Part shown: one piece after another, positions 42,418 through 53,347 of the stretch
Numbering within the stretch: the stretch's first letter is position 1
Layout: the number at the start of each line of letters is the position of its first letter
Assembly: GCA_963847185.1 (NCBI GenBank)
Contig: CAWJYV010000010.1
Coordinates: 256,001 to 320,000 of the forward strand
DNA length: 64,000 nt
DNA from: an uncultured Methanosarcinaceae archaeon
GTDB lineage: Archaea; Halobacteriota; Methanosarcinia; Methanosarcinales; Methanosarcinaceae
Direction: 5' to 3'
Translations under genes and position numbers: made by a program
Notes under the pieces: model-generated
Databases searched by the model: none
The model's input: the letters and a program-made list of their open reading frames with translations, nothing else
What the model was told of the DNA's origin: nothing

Positions 42418-42558
42418 TCACCCATAAACCATTATTGAATCAAGTCTTGCAGTACCTATTTTTGTCCAGTATCTGCAAATGTTGCAATACTGAGTCTCGC
42501 CATCTGTATGCAGTTTCAGATTAGAGTGACATTTTGGACATATTTTTAGATGCTTCAT
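42418..42558 (-). CDS. 46-aa zinc-ribbon protein (missed by the ORF track)
   Basis: MKHLKICPKCHSNLKLHTDGETQYCNICRYWTKIGTARLDSIMVYG*; CPxC...CxxC; AAGG upstream. Confidence 0.75.
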   Translation of the reverse strand: MKHLKICPKCHSNLKLHTDGETQYCNICRYWTKIGTARLDSIMVYG

Positions 42559-42621
42559 AAATAAAACCTTTTGAATTCCCTTTTTAAATTGATAGAGGTT
42601 CTTAAGAATTGGAATTTAAGA

Positions 42622-42780
42622 AGAAGCCCAGGATTGCTGCATTTATTCACTGTATCCCCCAATACAGTCTCTTCGACCATTAAGCTCCCCCAAGCATATT
42701 GGTTCGAAGAAGGATCAGCAATCCCAGGCGATTCTTTCATTGTGGTAGATGATTCCCCAGTTATTTCCCAACTCCAGCAT
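42622..42780 (-). ncRNA. Structured non-coding motif, copy B (possible 5' leader of the zinc-ribbon gene)
   Basis: Homologous to copies A and C; conserved AT-rich promoter block upstream. Confidence 0.5.
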
Positions 42781-43151
42781 AACTAATTGGATAAATTATT
42801 TATAATAAATTATATCAAAAATTGTATTTAAACGAAAAAATGTTTAATTCATTTTGTTTTAAGGACATTAAAATTATCAATATACTATAATTTTTCAATT
42901 ATATTTAAAATTCAAACCAGAAACAATCTTTCGTATCGGTTATGATATATATCTCTGAGGCCTTATAAATGTCCAGATTAAGAGAAATAGGGTTCCTCTT
43001 AATCTTTGGGTTGGATCGCGGGTAGGGTTTGAGAATAGGGACTCAAAACTCTACCATCTACTTCTTAGCTAACCAGACTTACTCTCATTTCGTTGAAAAC
43101 TCTATATTTGCTAGAGCTTGTTCTTCTTCTACTCTCAATAGAGTTATACTA

Positions 43152-43218
43152 TTACTGCTTCGTTATCTTACTGCTTCGTTATCTTACTGCTTCGTTATCT
43201 TACTGCTTCGTTATCTTC
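43152..43218. repeat. Tandem 16-mer TTACTGCTTCGTTATC x4
   Basis: Direct reading; no spacers. Confidence 0.9.
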
Positions 43219-43294
43219 CCGTTGTTCGTAGATATCTTTTTTTGGTTTGCAACGGTAAAATGTTATGAGAACGTATGACAAACGAAACAAAAAA

Positions 43295-43489
43295 ACAAGC
43301 AAAAAAGAGGAGGAGAAGGATCTTGTGAGATTCACATTATAGAACGAGTGTAAGGACACGTTATCCTTCCTGCATCTCTAATACAGTCTTCGAAGATTAA
43401 GCGTTCCCAAACATAATTCATCAAAGAAGGATTTGTGACCTTCAGAGGTTGTTTATTGATATTCGAAATCCCAGTTTGATCCCAACTCT
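43295..43489 (-). ncRNA. Candidate ~190-nt sRNA, motif copy C
   Basis: Same promoter block and motif as copy B; ends in CCTTCTCCTCCTC followed by a poly-T tract. Confidence 0.5.
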
Positions 43490-44064
43490 TATTTTTATAT
43501 ATTCATATAAATATATTAAATTAATTATATGAAAAATTGTTTTTAATTAAAACATAGTTTTATATTAAAAAATTTAGTCGTGTACATGAGTCATGGATCA
43601 ATTCTGAAAAAAGAGCACTATTGACTTGTTTGAGAAAAGTACAGAGAGTTTCTATAGAGTATGGTTTTCGACAACTCGCACCCACGACCAAAAATTTAAA
43701 CAAAGATTATTCCATATAAAAATGATTTTCAATTTTAAGTAATTCAATTTATAAAGTTAAACTAATTTATCGATTCCAAAATGAATCCATTGATCGATGG
43801 TAAAATTTGAAAGTCCAGGTTTGTGAGCATATTTTGGGATCGAAACACTATTTCTGAAACAAGTTTAGGAACGTAGTCTATGAAATCTTGTCAAGTCACA
43901 TTTATTTTATATGACTTTATTTTTATATAAAAAGATGCATATTACTAATTTACATATGAGAGTATATCACTCATATGGCTTCAATTGAACTTGATTTGCC
44001 AAAAAACAGAAAACTTATTTAAAATGACATCCAAATCGAATTCACGAATGGGGGAATGTAAACA

Positions 44065-44253
44065 ATGGAAGTAAGTCCTGTGGAAGTACAGAAAGCTTTA
44101 AAGGATATGGACTATCCTGCACAGAAGAAAGAAATAATTCAGCATGCTAAAAAGCATAACGCCAGCAAAGGAGTATTGGACGAGCTTGAAAGAATAGAGG
44201 ATAAAGAATATAAAAATGCGGCCGAAGTGAGCAAAGAGTTTAAAGGCGAATAA
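44065..44253 (+). CDS. DUF2795 domain protein
   Basis: VQKALKDMDYPA.K.EII.HA...A...VL..L..I.D.EY....EV. Confidence 0.88.
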   Translation: MEVSPVEVQKALKDMDYPAQKKEIIQHAKKHNASKGVLDELERIEDKEYKNAAEVSKEFKGE

Positions 44254-44486
44254 AGTAAGAACTTCTATCACTAGCAATCGAACTGCCGGGCTTGTTATAT
44301 GTAGAGACGAGAGGAGATTCTCAGAGAGTCGACTTTCTTTCTATTTAAATCTAATTTTTTGGTTATATATATTCATTGAATTTTCACGTGATTTATTGGA
44401 TTTCTGTGCAGGGTAAAAAACATACTGCTTTTCTTTTATTATACTTTCGGATTTGTGTTATAGCGTATATTGCACCAGCTATTACT

Positions 44487-45831
44487 TTAGTGCCTAGTTA
44501 TTTTCCCATTGCTAAGTTGACGATAAGCGCAACTCCCAGCCAGGGTCATAATCAGCGTGATAGTCCATCCCAGGATGTTGCTCGCCCTCGAGTTGACGAA
44601 TTGACCCATGACGTCTTTTCTGTTCGCTATCATGATTATCAGAGCCATCAGCGGTGGTGCAGCCAGGCCATTCAATGCAGCTGCGTAGTAAAGGGCAGTT
44701 ATCGGGTTGATGTCGAGCCAGTAAAAGGACATGCCTATCAATGTAGATACAACGATCACCATGTAAAACCCCGGAGCCCTACAGGCTTTTTACAAGTCCC
44801 TCCTTAAGTCCGGCAGTCTCTGCTACAGCATATGCTGACGCACCGGCGAGTACAGGGACTGCAAGTGATCCCGTACCGATGATACCAGCCGCGAAGAGTA
44901 AATAGGAGAGGTCGCCAGCCAGCGGGCGTAGAGCTTCAGCCGCCTGCGAAGCAGTCTGAATTGTGGTAATTCCTCCAGCATGTAGGGTGGCAGCAGTAGT
45001 GACGATGATGAAGAACATAATAACCTGAGAGAAAAGCATCCCAATAATAGTATCCAAGTTCATTTCGACTACACCTCGCAGCGTCACCCGAGGTTTTCCT
45101 GCTCCCATATCGGGAATCTGGCCATCCACAATCTCTTCCTCGACCTCCTGAGATGCCTGCCAGAGAATAGGTAAGGGGAGATTGTTGTGCCCAAAACCGC
45201 AACGATATTAAGCAGGTAATCCGCAGAGAAATCGAGATGTGGAACCATTGTGAAGTAAAAAATAAATTCCCATTTCGGGCTGACAATGAGGGCAGCCAAG
45301 ATGTATGAGAAGAGGGTCAGTGTCAGGTACTTAAGGATTCTCGAATAGGTTCTGTATGGAACGAAGACTTCTAGGATGATGATAGATGCCGTTATGAAAA
45401 TCAGCCAGAAAAGAAAAGGCAATCCTAGCAGCATCTGTGCCGAAGAGGCCATTGCACCTAGATCTGCGCCTATATTGATCGTGTTCGCAGTTACAAGCAG
45501 CAAGACTGCTAAGTACAGTACCCTCTTTGAGTAATGCTCAAGGATGACGTCGGCCAGCCCTTTTCCAGTTACCATCCCTATCCGCCCACACATCTGCTGA
45601 ATAACAATCATGAATGGACCGGTGAACCAGACAAGCCAGAGCTGACCGTACCCGAAGATCGCACCTGTCTGCTTATAGGTCGCAATACCAGAGGGATCAT
45701 CATCGGCGGCTCCAGTAATAAATCCGGGACCTATTTTTCCCAGTAGCCACTTCAGGGTTTTTTATGGGCCATAGACCTTTATCCCCTTTGAATTGCTTTA
45801 CTGATTGTAACTCTGATTGTGACGCGGTCAT
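44487..45831 (-). pseudogene. NRAMP family divalent metal transporter with at least 3 frameshifts
   Basis: GPGFITGAADDDPSGIATY, GTTISPYLF and AAEALRPLAG in different frames. Confidence 0.9.
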
Positions 45832-46243
45832 GCTTCCTTCGAGGACAAAAAACCGGCTATAGGGGCAATGAGAATATTCAACCGGATTCCTATTTTAGTA
45901 TTGTTATATCAAGGAGCCTATAGGATATTCATTGGTCATTTGTTAAGGTTTAAAATGTCATTCCTGTCATTTATTTTATGTCACTCTTATATAAAAGGCG
46001 ATTAATAGAATTCTACAAAATTACCTGAAAAATAATGATGCATTATCTGAATCTAATAGAATAACTAAATACACGCCATAACACAAAATCACGCTCAATC
46101 TCACATCTAGAACTCGTTTTTAAAGATAACCAGCAATATTAAAAATTACTTAAGTTAGTAGTTAATTTTAAGCCAAGTTTTTTCTGTCAAATACTCGGAA
46201 TCAGAAAATAGTAATTTTTTCAGCATAATAATAACTTTTGATA

Positions 46244-46552
46244 TTATTGGATTTTACAGGAATTTTGGTATTTCATCCTTATTTTAGTAGATCTTGCTCT
46301 CGAATCTCTAATGAATAATCTGTCAATACGATCCCATACAATAACCCATAAAAATTTAGCATAAGAGAAAGGATAATTCATCCAAAAAACCAATTTCCTG
46401 AAAAGCGATAGATTTCTATAGTCCTCTACCCACATAGATTCGCTTAGAAATCCTCTCCAGACAAGAGATTTTTGCATATGTTTCCATCGCTTGAATATAT
46501 GACCTATTATGAATAAGAAGGTACAAGTGATTGCAAATAATCTTTTAGCCAT
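46244..46552 (-). CDS. Hypothetical basic/aromatic membrane-associated protein
   Basis: GAGGGTGA RBS before ATG at 46552. Confidence 0.55.
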   Translation of the reverse strand: MAKRLFAITCTFLFIIGHIFKRWKHMQKSLVWRGFLSESMWVEDYRNLSLFRKLVFWMNYPFSYAKFLWVIVWDRIDRLFIRDSRARSTKIRMKYQNSCKIQ

Positions 46553-46675
46553 ATTTTTCACCCTCGACGACTCAATAAACTTAATAAAAATGGATGAACA
46601 GGAAAATGCATTAAAAGTAACACATTTCTTACAGATCGTATATTTAACCGAATACAAATGAGTATCTTTTCAAAA

Positions 46676-46849
46676 TTATACTTTCTTTCTTCCCATTTTC
46701 TTTCGTACATACCGTAAAACCCCATAAGAACAACCCAATAGAAGCATAATCTTAAAGGGTTTCTCACCTGCTTTGAGGAGTTCTTCGATTTTTTCATGAT
46801 CGAATTTTGGTTTCTGACCTTTTCTTTTTGGAGGAAATTGGCGACTCAT
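46676..46849 (-). CDS. 57-aa resolvase-type HTH protein (missed by the ORF track)
   Basis: MSRQFPPKRKGQKPKFDHEKIEELLKAGEKPFKIMLLLGCSYGVLRYVRKKMGRKKV; GAGGTGA RBS. Confidence 0.65.
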   Translation of the reverse strand: MSRQFPPKRKGQKPKFDHEKIEELLKAGEKPFKIMLLLGCSYGVLRYVRKKMGRKKV

Positions 46850-47449
46850 TAAGATTTCACCTCTTCATACAATTTACTGTACTTTCAAGCTATGAGGGCT
46901 GATTATTTTATAGGCTCAACTGTAGCTGAAAAAAACTTCTTAGCTTCCATAGACTTGACAGAACCTCAAGGAAACTGAAAAAAATCACTTAGCAATCCCA
47001 TATTATCATTCCCCACAATATAAGCATATCATAACAAAAATACAAAAGCTTTTCGGATTACTTATTAATATAAACTATTAATATTTGTTGTATACAATTT
47101 TTCCAAAAGATTGTGTGCTGAATATTTTGTTCATTCTAGTGGTCTCTGTATATTATTCTCTACTGCAAAAAACGGTTCTGTTGTAAAAATAATAAATATA
47201 GAAGTAAAAATTTAGTTGTCAATGCAATGAACATTTGAAAAGCAGAATATTCCCAAGAAAACAGCTAATGTAAACAGCTATTCCGAATAACTTGTTCATA
47301 AAATTGGCTTCAACAAGAACACATTAGCAGCAGGGAAAGCGCTGAACCCATGTAAGAACTGACATTTCTATTTTATTAATGAATCTAAAAAAACCTTCTG
47401 CTTACATAGTTATTTACATTATGCATCCGTTTTTCAATTGCTCTTGTTG

Positions 47450-47620
47450 TCGTTTTACTGATTTTACCTGTAAAATTTGCACTTTTATATTTTGCAGTAA
47501 AAAGATACACGTTTTTACTTTTGTCTTGAAAAAACGCTTCCTATTTATTCACTATTACAGAACAAGAGCATTAAGAGTAAAGAGCTGATCTGACCTGGCA
47601 TTCTGATTCATGTAATGTAA
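47450..47620 (-). pseudogene. cas1: Casposase (Cas1-like) 3' remnant plus downstream block (relic 2)
   Basis: LHYMNQNARSDQLFTLNALVL then stops; homologous to 52606-52778. Confidence 0.75.
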
Positions 47621-47775
47621 ACATGGAGCGTATCTGTTAAGACTAAAACAGCACATTCAATTTCGGGCGTGGAGCAAGAGTTATGGAAAACTGAAAGCAT
47701 AAGAATCTCTCTACATATTTCATGAAGAGTTCAAATTGTTCTACCGATTCAGGTTTTAGCTTTTTTATGTCTTCA

Positions 47776-47868
47776 TTTGATAAAATTCATGAGTTCCAGC
47801 TTTTTTTCAGCTTTCGCGCAAAGGTCGCTCTACTTCGTCGATCGTGGACGTACCTTGGGTTCAGAAAA
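47776..47868. repeat. Dispersed ~95-bp repeat, inverted relative to 37500-37596
   Basis: Manual alignment. Confidence 0.8.
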
Positions 47869-48010
47869 ATGACTCTCTCTACTCTGCCAGCTGGAAAATA
47901 TAATCTGAAATCAGCTAAAAGGGGCTACTAAAAAATAATCAAAAAAAGATTAAAGAAAGGTCAGAGAATAAGTTTTCTCTGATTAATTATTGGTTGGTTG
48001 TCCCTCTTGT

Positions 48011-49312
48011 TTAGAGCTGCTGGCGCCTGTCAATAATTCTCTTTGCCTTTCCTGCAGTCCTCTCGATACTGCCTTTTTCAAGGAGTTCGACATTTGTACG
48101 GATATTCAGGACGGCTTTGAGTTCATGCTGGACGTGGTTCTGGACGGCTTTGAGGTCGTTGAGTTCGCCTGTGAAGGCATTTTCTTCTAGCTCAACTTCG
48201 ATTGTGAGTTCGTCGAGCATGTGTTTATTGCGGTCGAGGATCAACTGGAAATGTTCGCCGACCTGGGGGATTCTTGAGATTACGTCCTGGATCTGGGAAG
48301 GGAATACGTTGATGCCTCTTACGATAAGCATATCGTCGGCTCGACCAAGGAGACGGGAGATTCTTGTGGTTGTCCTGCCGCAGTCACATTCGGATTCGAG
48401 GAGTCTGGTCATGTCGCCTGTGCGGTATCTGATGTTGCAGAAGCCTTCTTTGTTGATTGAGGTGAGGACAAGTTCGCCTTTTTCGCCTTCTGAAACCTGT
48501 TCTCCGTTTTCGTCGAGGACTTCGACCAGGAAGTTGTCGCTCCAGATGTGCAGACCGTTCTGTTCCTGGCATTCGAAACCGACCCCAGGGCCGAACATTT
48601 CTGAAAGGCCGTAACAGTCATAGGCTTTGAGATTGAGCCTTTTTTCAAGTTGCTTCCGCGTATTTTCAGACCAGGGTTCACCTCCGAAGATGGCTGCTTT
48701 TAAGGAGAGTTTGTCTACAAGGTCGAGTTCTTCTGCGGTTTCGGCAAGATAGAAGGCGTAGGAAGGGGTACAGTGGACTGCTGTTACCCCGAAATCGATC
48801 ATCATCTCAAGCTGCCTGGCAGTATTTCCGGTTGCAGCAGGCACGATCATGGATCCCATCCTCTCTACACCGTAGTGGAAGCCCAGGCCGCCTGTAAAAA
48901 GACCGTAGTTCATGGAATTCTGGACAATGTCGCCTTTCGAAAGCCCTATCATTGTTAGGCTCCGTGCAATCATATCCGACCATGTTTCAATGTCTTTTGC
49001 AGTGTACCCGACAACCGTAGGTTTTCCGCTTGTTCCCGAGGATGCATGAATACGCACTATGTCTTCTTTTTTGGCAGCAAATAGCCCGAATGGATAGTTG
49101 TCCCGAAGGTCCGTTTTCCGCGTAAAAGGCAGTTTACGGACATCTTCGAGAGTTTTTATGTCATCAGGAGTGACTCCAGCCTCCTTAAACTTCTGCCTGT
49201 AGAAGGGAACATTGTCATAGACCAGCTTTGCACTGTGTTGAAGACGTTTTAGCTGAAGTCTCTTCAGTTCTTCGGAATCCATTGTTTCGTATTTCGGCTG
49301 CCAGTAATTCAT
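48011..49312 (-). CDS. paaK: Phenylacetate--CoA ligase
   Basis: HASSGTSGKPTVVGYT, YGLSE, RYRTGD and GRADDMLIVRGINVFPSQ. Confidence 0.95.
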   Translation of the reverse strand: MNYWQPKYETMDSEELKRLQLKRLQHSAKLVYDNVPFYRQKFKEAGVTPDDIKTLEDVRKLPFTRKTDLRDNYPFGLFAAKKEDIVRIHASSGTSGKPTVVGYTAKDIETWSDMIARSLTMIGLSKGDIVQNSMNYGLFTGGLGFHYGVERMGSMIVPAATGNTARQLEMMIDFGVTAVHCTPSYAFYLAETAEELDLVDKLSLKAAIFGGEPWSENTRKQLEKRLNLKAYDCYGLSEMFGPGVGFECQEQNGLHIWSDNFLVEVLDENGEQVSEGEKGELVLTSINKEGFCNIRYRTGDMTRLLESECDCGRTTTRISRLLGRADDMLIVRGINVFPSQIQDVISRIPQVGEHFQLILDRNKHMLDELTIEVELEENAFTGELNDLKAVQNHVQHELKAVLNIRTNVELLEKGSIERTAGKAKRIIDRRQQL

Positions 49313-50147
49313 AAAAAGAACCTTCTTTTATTTTGTAAGACCATTTTTAGCTCATGATGTTTTTATGAACAAACCCTATTCTTACTAAACCTACTCATGC
49401 CATGTCTCTACATGTCACGACATATTAAGTAATCCTATGAATAATATAAAATGTTTGGAAAAATCCTTCTGTACTGTAATCTTCCCACATATAAAGATTG
49501 TTGAATGAATTTTATATTGGAGAGTTAGGAAAATTAGTGGGTTCAAATTAAACCCCTGCATAAACTATAGGATTATAGGGAAGTCAAATTTTTTGTACGC
49601 AAGTGTAAGAATAATGCACAATCTCTTATCTTAGAAAACTGCCTTGAATAAAATTATACTACTTTTAAAATAAAATTTGAATAAAAAGTCTTTTTTGTAC
49701 ATCCTTTAGTAGAGATTTGTAAAGATGATGTACAAAATTGTATAGAGTTGCCCATCTCATCTTAATTTATGTTTTATAAAAACAGATTAATAAAAAATTA
49801 AAGTCTTTTCGCATTTACTCACGAGGGTATCGATAGGAAAAATATGCTTTAAAATAAAGGGTTATCCAGTAGCTATTTTTTAAAAAGCGTTACATAGTCT
49901 TTGGGATGATCATAAACGAAAACAGATAAGCATATTTTATATCGTATTTGCATATCAATTACATCATTTAAAATTAATAGCTTATACAATTGTAAATCTA
50001 TTTTAACAGATCTAAAGAAGAAATTAACTTTTCAAGCAGACCAAAGGGTTCGTCATGCGAATTAGAGGATACTCAGGAGTAAAAATATACTGACAAAAGT
50101 GAGAAATTATTTTTCCATAGTTTTTATCTTAAACCTAGCAACGAAGT

Positions 50148-52301
50148 CTATCTTTTATCATTTTTCAGTTCCTCAAGCTGTCTCTTACAAGAATTAATTA
50201 ATTCTTGTTCCCCATGTTCTTGAGCAATTTTCAGTGCCTTTTCATGACACTCAATTGCTTTTCTCGACTCTCCAAGATCATTATATGCTAGACCCATATC
50301 TCCAAGGTTATCTACTTCTTTTCGCCGGTACCCAAGCTCTTGAGCAATTTTCAGTGCCTTTTCATGACACTCAATTGCTTTTCTCGACTCTCCAAGATCA
50401 TTATATTCTTTCCCCAGATATCCAAGGGTAGCCCCTTCATTTCGCCGCTGCCCAATTTCTTGATAAATTTTCAGTGCCTTTTCATATTTTTCAATTGCTT
50501 TTCTCGATTCTCCACTATTACGGTATGCCATCGCTGTACCCCTAAAAATTGCAGCATGAATTTCGTCTTCTACTTCCCTAACAAAAGGATTTTTAGCAAA
50601 TTGTTCTACGAATAAATTAAAATATTTTAACATAGTATAATAATCAAATTCAAAATGGGGATTCTCACGAAGGATGTTGTCAGCCTGATCGTATTCTTCT
50701 GCCATATTTGCATGGTAAAAGGCTTCAAACGCAAGATTATTATATTCTTTTTCTCCAAGCTCATCTGTAATTAGGAAACGGTAATATTCCATTGCAAGTT
50801 TATGGACTTCTTTTTTATTTTTTAGATCAATATAAGAAAATTTTTCCACTTGATTTTGAAGCCAGTACCTCCCTTTATGGTCAGTTTCCAATAATGATTT
50901 GTCTATCAAATTATCTACAGCATCTATGGGAGTCTTATCTGTAAACATAATTTTAATTGCATTCATAGTTTCAGCCCGACGATAGACTGATATGCGCTCT
51001 AATAGCTCCTTTTCGTTCCCCGCCAATTTATCAAACATTTTTCTGGTTTTCTTGATGGTGCTTTCTTTGAGGTCTCTATATCGAGTCAGATCGTTTAATG
51101 TATCAGATACTCCAAACTTTTTAACAAGGCCTACTAAAAGCTTTAGTGCCAGAGGATGCCCATCTATGTCCTTAGCTAGTATTTTTAATTCGTCAAGCGT
51201 TAAACTATCAAGTCCATTTTTGGCGAGATAATCAACTGCAAAATCCGTTCTCAACCCATTTAGATGCTGTTTCTCCTCCTCAACTACGTCGATAAGACTT
51301 TCTCCATTTTTAAAATTGGGAAGAACACGGCTTGTGATAATGATCTTTGCATTATGGGTACGGTATCGTAAAGAAGAAAAAAGAAGTTCAATTCCCTTAT
51401 CATTAAATTTTGTATTTTCAAGTATAATGCTTAGATCATCAAAAAAGAGCCAGATTTCGCTTCTGTCATTGAGCACGCCTGTGAACTTATCCACATCATT
51501 TTTTCCGGGTTCTCTCCTGTCTGATTTAAATTCTGTAATTTCAGGAGCTCTCATATATGCTGCAAGTTCTTCAAGGATATCACCCAGTTTTGCGTCCTGG
51601 TTATCATAAAAGCTAAACCAAAAAGGTTCTGGGACATTTATAGGTCTGAGATCAACAAGAGCTCTTGCAAGCGTAGTTTTCCCCACACCTCCAATACCAC
51701 TAATAAGTAAAATTTTGTGTTTTTCAAGATATGTAAGGGCTTTTCTTAACTCATCAGCCCTGTTATTAGTAACGAATTCCTTTAACCTTTCAGGGTAAGC
51801 TGGAAGAGCTGAAGAATTATATCGGTGCATAATTTCTTGGTTTTCTGCTTCTTTTCTTCTTTCATCCAGATATTCAATGATTTTGATATACTCATCATCA
51901 GAAGGAGTTTCAATATTGAAAAATGTATTATAGCTTCCCAAGGCGAGATGATTAATATTCTCCACGTTGAGATTTATAGTAAGATCAATTTTCCTTGCTA
52001 GATCACGGTCTTCACTTAGCAATTTCAAGATTCCCTGTTGAAGCTCTTCTTTTGCTATTGTGTCTTCTGAGTTTTTGGACAATTTCTCAAGGGCTATTTC
52101 TATGGGTTTGCTCTTTTTTAACCTTATTTTATCAAATACAATTTTAGCTTTATTTAAAGATTTAGAGCCCAATTTTTCGATACCTTTCTCAAGAAGCATA
52201 TCGTGAACTTTCGCCGTTACAACCTCTCTTTCCGCATAGATGAACGGCAGGGCAGGAGCGAGAACATCTGTTGCTTGATGAGCAAGAGAGATTAGATCCA
52301 T
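50148..52301 (-). CDS. STAND/NB-ARC ATPase with C-terminal TPR repeats (NLR-like)
   Basis: GIGGVGKT Walker A, LFFDDL Walker B, IITSR and GHPLAL; three 40-aa TPRs (120-bp DNA repeats at 50221-50520). Confidence 0.9.
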   Translation of the reverse strand: MDLISLAHQATDVLAPALPFIYAEREVVTAKVHDMLLEKGIEKLGSKSLNKAKIVFDKIRLKKSKPIEIALEKLSKNSEDTIAKEELQQGILKLLSEDRDLARKIDLTINLNVENINHLALGSYNTFFNIETPSDDEYIKIIEYLDERRKEAENQEIMHRYNSSALPAYPERLKEFVTNNRADELRKALTYLEKHKILLISGIGGVGKTTLARALVDLRPINVPEPFWFSFYDNQDAKLGDILEELAAYMRAPEITEFKSDRREPGKNDVDKFTGVLNDRSEIWLFFDDLSIILENTKFNDKGIELLFSSLRYRTHNAKIIITSRVLPNFKNGESLIDVVEEEKQHLNGLRTDFAVDYLAKNGLDSLTLDELKILAKDIDGHPLALKLLVGLVKKFGVSDTLNDLTRYRDLKESTIKKTRKMFDKLAGNEKELLERISVYRRAETMNAIKIMFTDKTPIDAVDNLIDKSLLETDHKGRYWLQNQVEKFSYIDLKNKKEVHKLAMEYYRFLITDELGEKEYNNLAFEAFYHANMAEEYDQADNILRENPHFEFDYYTMLKYFNLFVEQFAKNPFVREVEDEIHAAIFRGTAMAYRNSGESRKAIEKYEKALKIYQEIGQRRNEGATLGYLGKEYNDLGESRKAIECHEKALKIAQELGYRRKEVDNLGDMGLAYNDLGESRKAIECHEKALKIAQEHGEQELINSCKRQLEELKNDKR

Positions 52302-52669
52302 AAAACTCCTCAGATTTTTCTTTAATATTGGAAGCTGGTAAAATAAGTTTTTTTATTTAATACGGTCAGAAATGAATTTTTGGGTTTATTATCCAGAATA
52401 TCTGTTAATTGTTTAACTAACGGACTCTGTAGAAGTCCTTATTTTGATGTAAATTATTTCTTCAACACTTTGTTTGGTTACCCACTAACAGTTTAATTTT
52501 TATTTATTTGACTTGTTCATAGAACTTTTTTGCCCTTAGTACTTCTCAAGACTTCCTTTTGGCAACAGAAAATGTTGTTTGCGCTATATTCCGTTTATTT
52601 TTTTCTATTTTACTGTAAATTTTACATTTTTTTACGATTTTTACATTTTATAGTAAAAGCATACACATT

Positions 52670-53058
52670 TTACTTTTGACCTGAAACCAACGCCTCCCAC
52701 TTATTCACTCTTTCCAGAACATGTGCATTAAGAGTAAACGGCTTATCACTTTTGGCATTTTGTTTCATGTAATGCAAAGTACCCTTAGAAAACCCTAATT
52801 TTCTCCAATCAACATGAGAAATGCTCAGGATCTTTCTCCTAATTTCATGGGAATCAACCCTATTAACCCCAAATTCAGGGCTAACGAAATCTAATTCCTT
52901 GGATTTTCCTGTAAGATTATGGGCTAACTCTCTGGCCTTTATTAGTAATATAGACCCCAGATTGTCTGTTTCTCCTCATAATTTGCAGTCTGATTCATCA
53001 TACTAAAGAACTTATTAGCTACTTTCTTTCTCCCAGGACCTCTTGATCTCAGGTTGTA
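52670..53058 (-). pseudogene. cas1: Casposase (Cas1-like integrase) C-terminal ~130 codons, one frameshift (relic 3)
   Basis: YNLR...KKVANKF...WG/ILLIKARELAHNLTGKSKELDFVSPEF...RKILSISHVDWRKLGFSKGTLHYMKQNAKSDKPFTLNAHVLERVNKWEALVSGQK*; matches the recalled M. mazei casposase C-terminus. Confidence 0.88.
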
Positions 53059-53347
53059 AACACGTTTATTATCAGGCTCCTGAAGGCTGAGAAATGAGTC
53101 GGCCACGCTTTTTCAAACAATACATAACTTATGGAAAATGGTTCAAAGCTCAATCAAGAGATAAAAAATATGAAAAAGAAGTCTTGTTAAGGAATGGCTC
53201 AGGGGAAGATTAAGGATTCAATTACTGGTAGATTTTTTTAGGTAGATCAATGGCAGTAGATATAAAAATAAGGGAAATTTTGAGAAGTGCCGAATTTAAT
53301 AACCTCGAAATATAAGTCGTTGACTATAGAAATATCTAAATACAGAT

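Noticed and set aside
43152-43218. 16-bp repeats (also the 12-mers at 2320 and 59096 and the ATTGCTCAC repeats at 15338) as CRISPR arrays linked to the Cas1-like relics
   Set aside because: They are head-to-tail tandem repeats with no unique spacers and are too short; the Cas1-like fragments are casposase type and no cas2 or effector genes are present
12206-45831. Pyrrolysine (UAG) read-through as the explanation for the split genes
   Set aside because: Each break checked is a frame change, not an in-frame TAG
50221-50520. Diversity-generating retroelement template/variable repeat pair
   Set aside because: The repeats are in-frame TPR units, differences are not adenine-specific, and no reverse transcriptase is present
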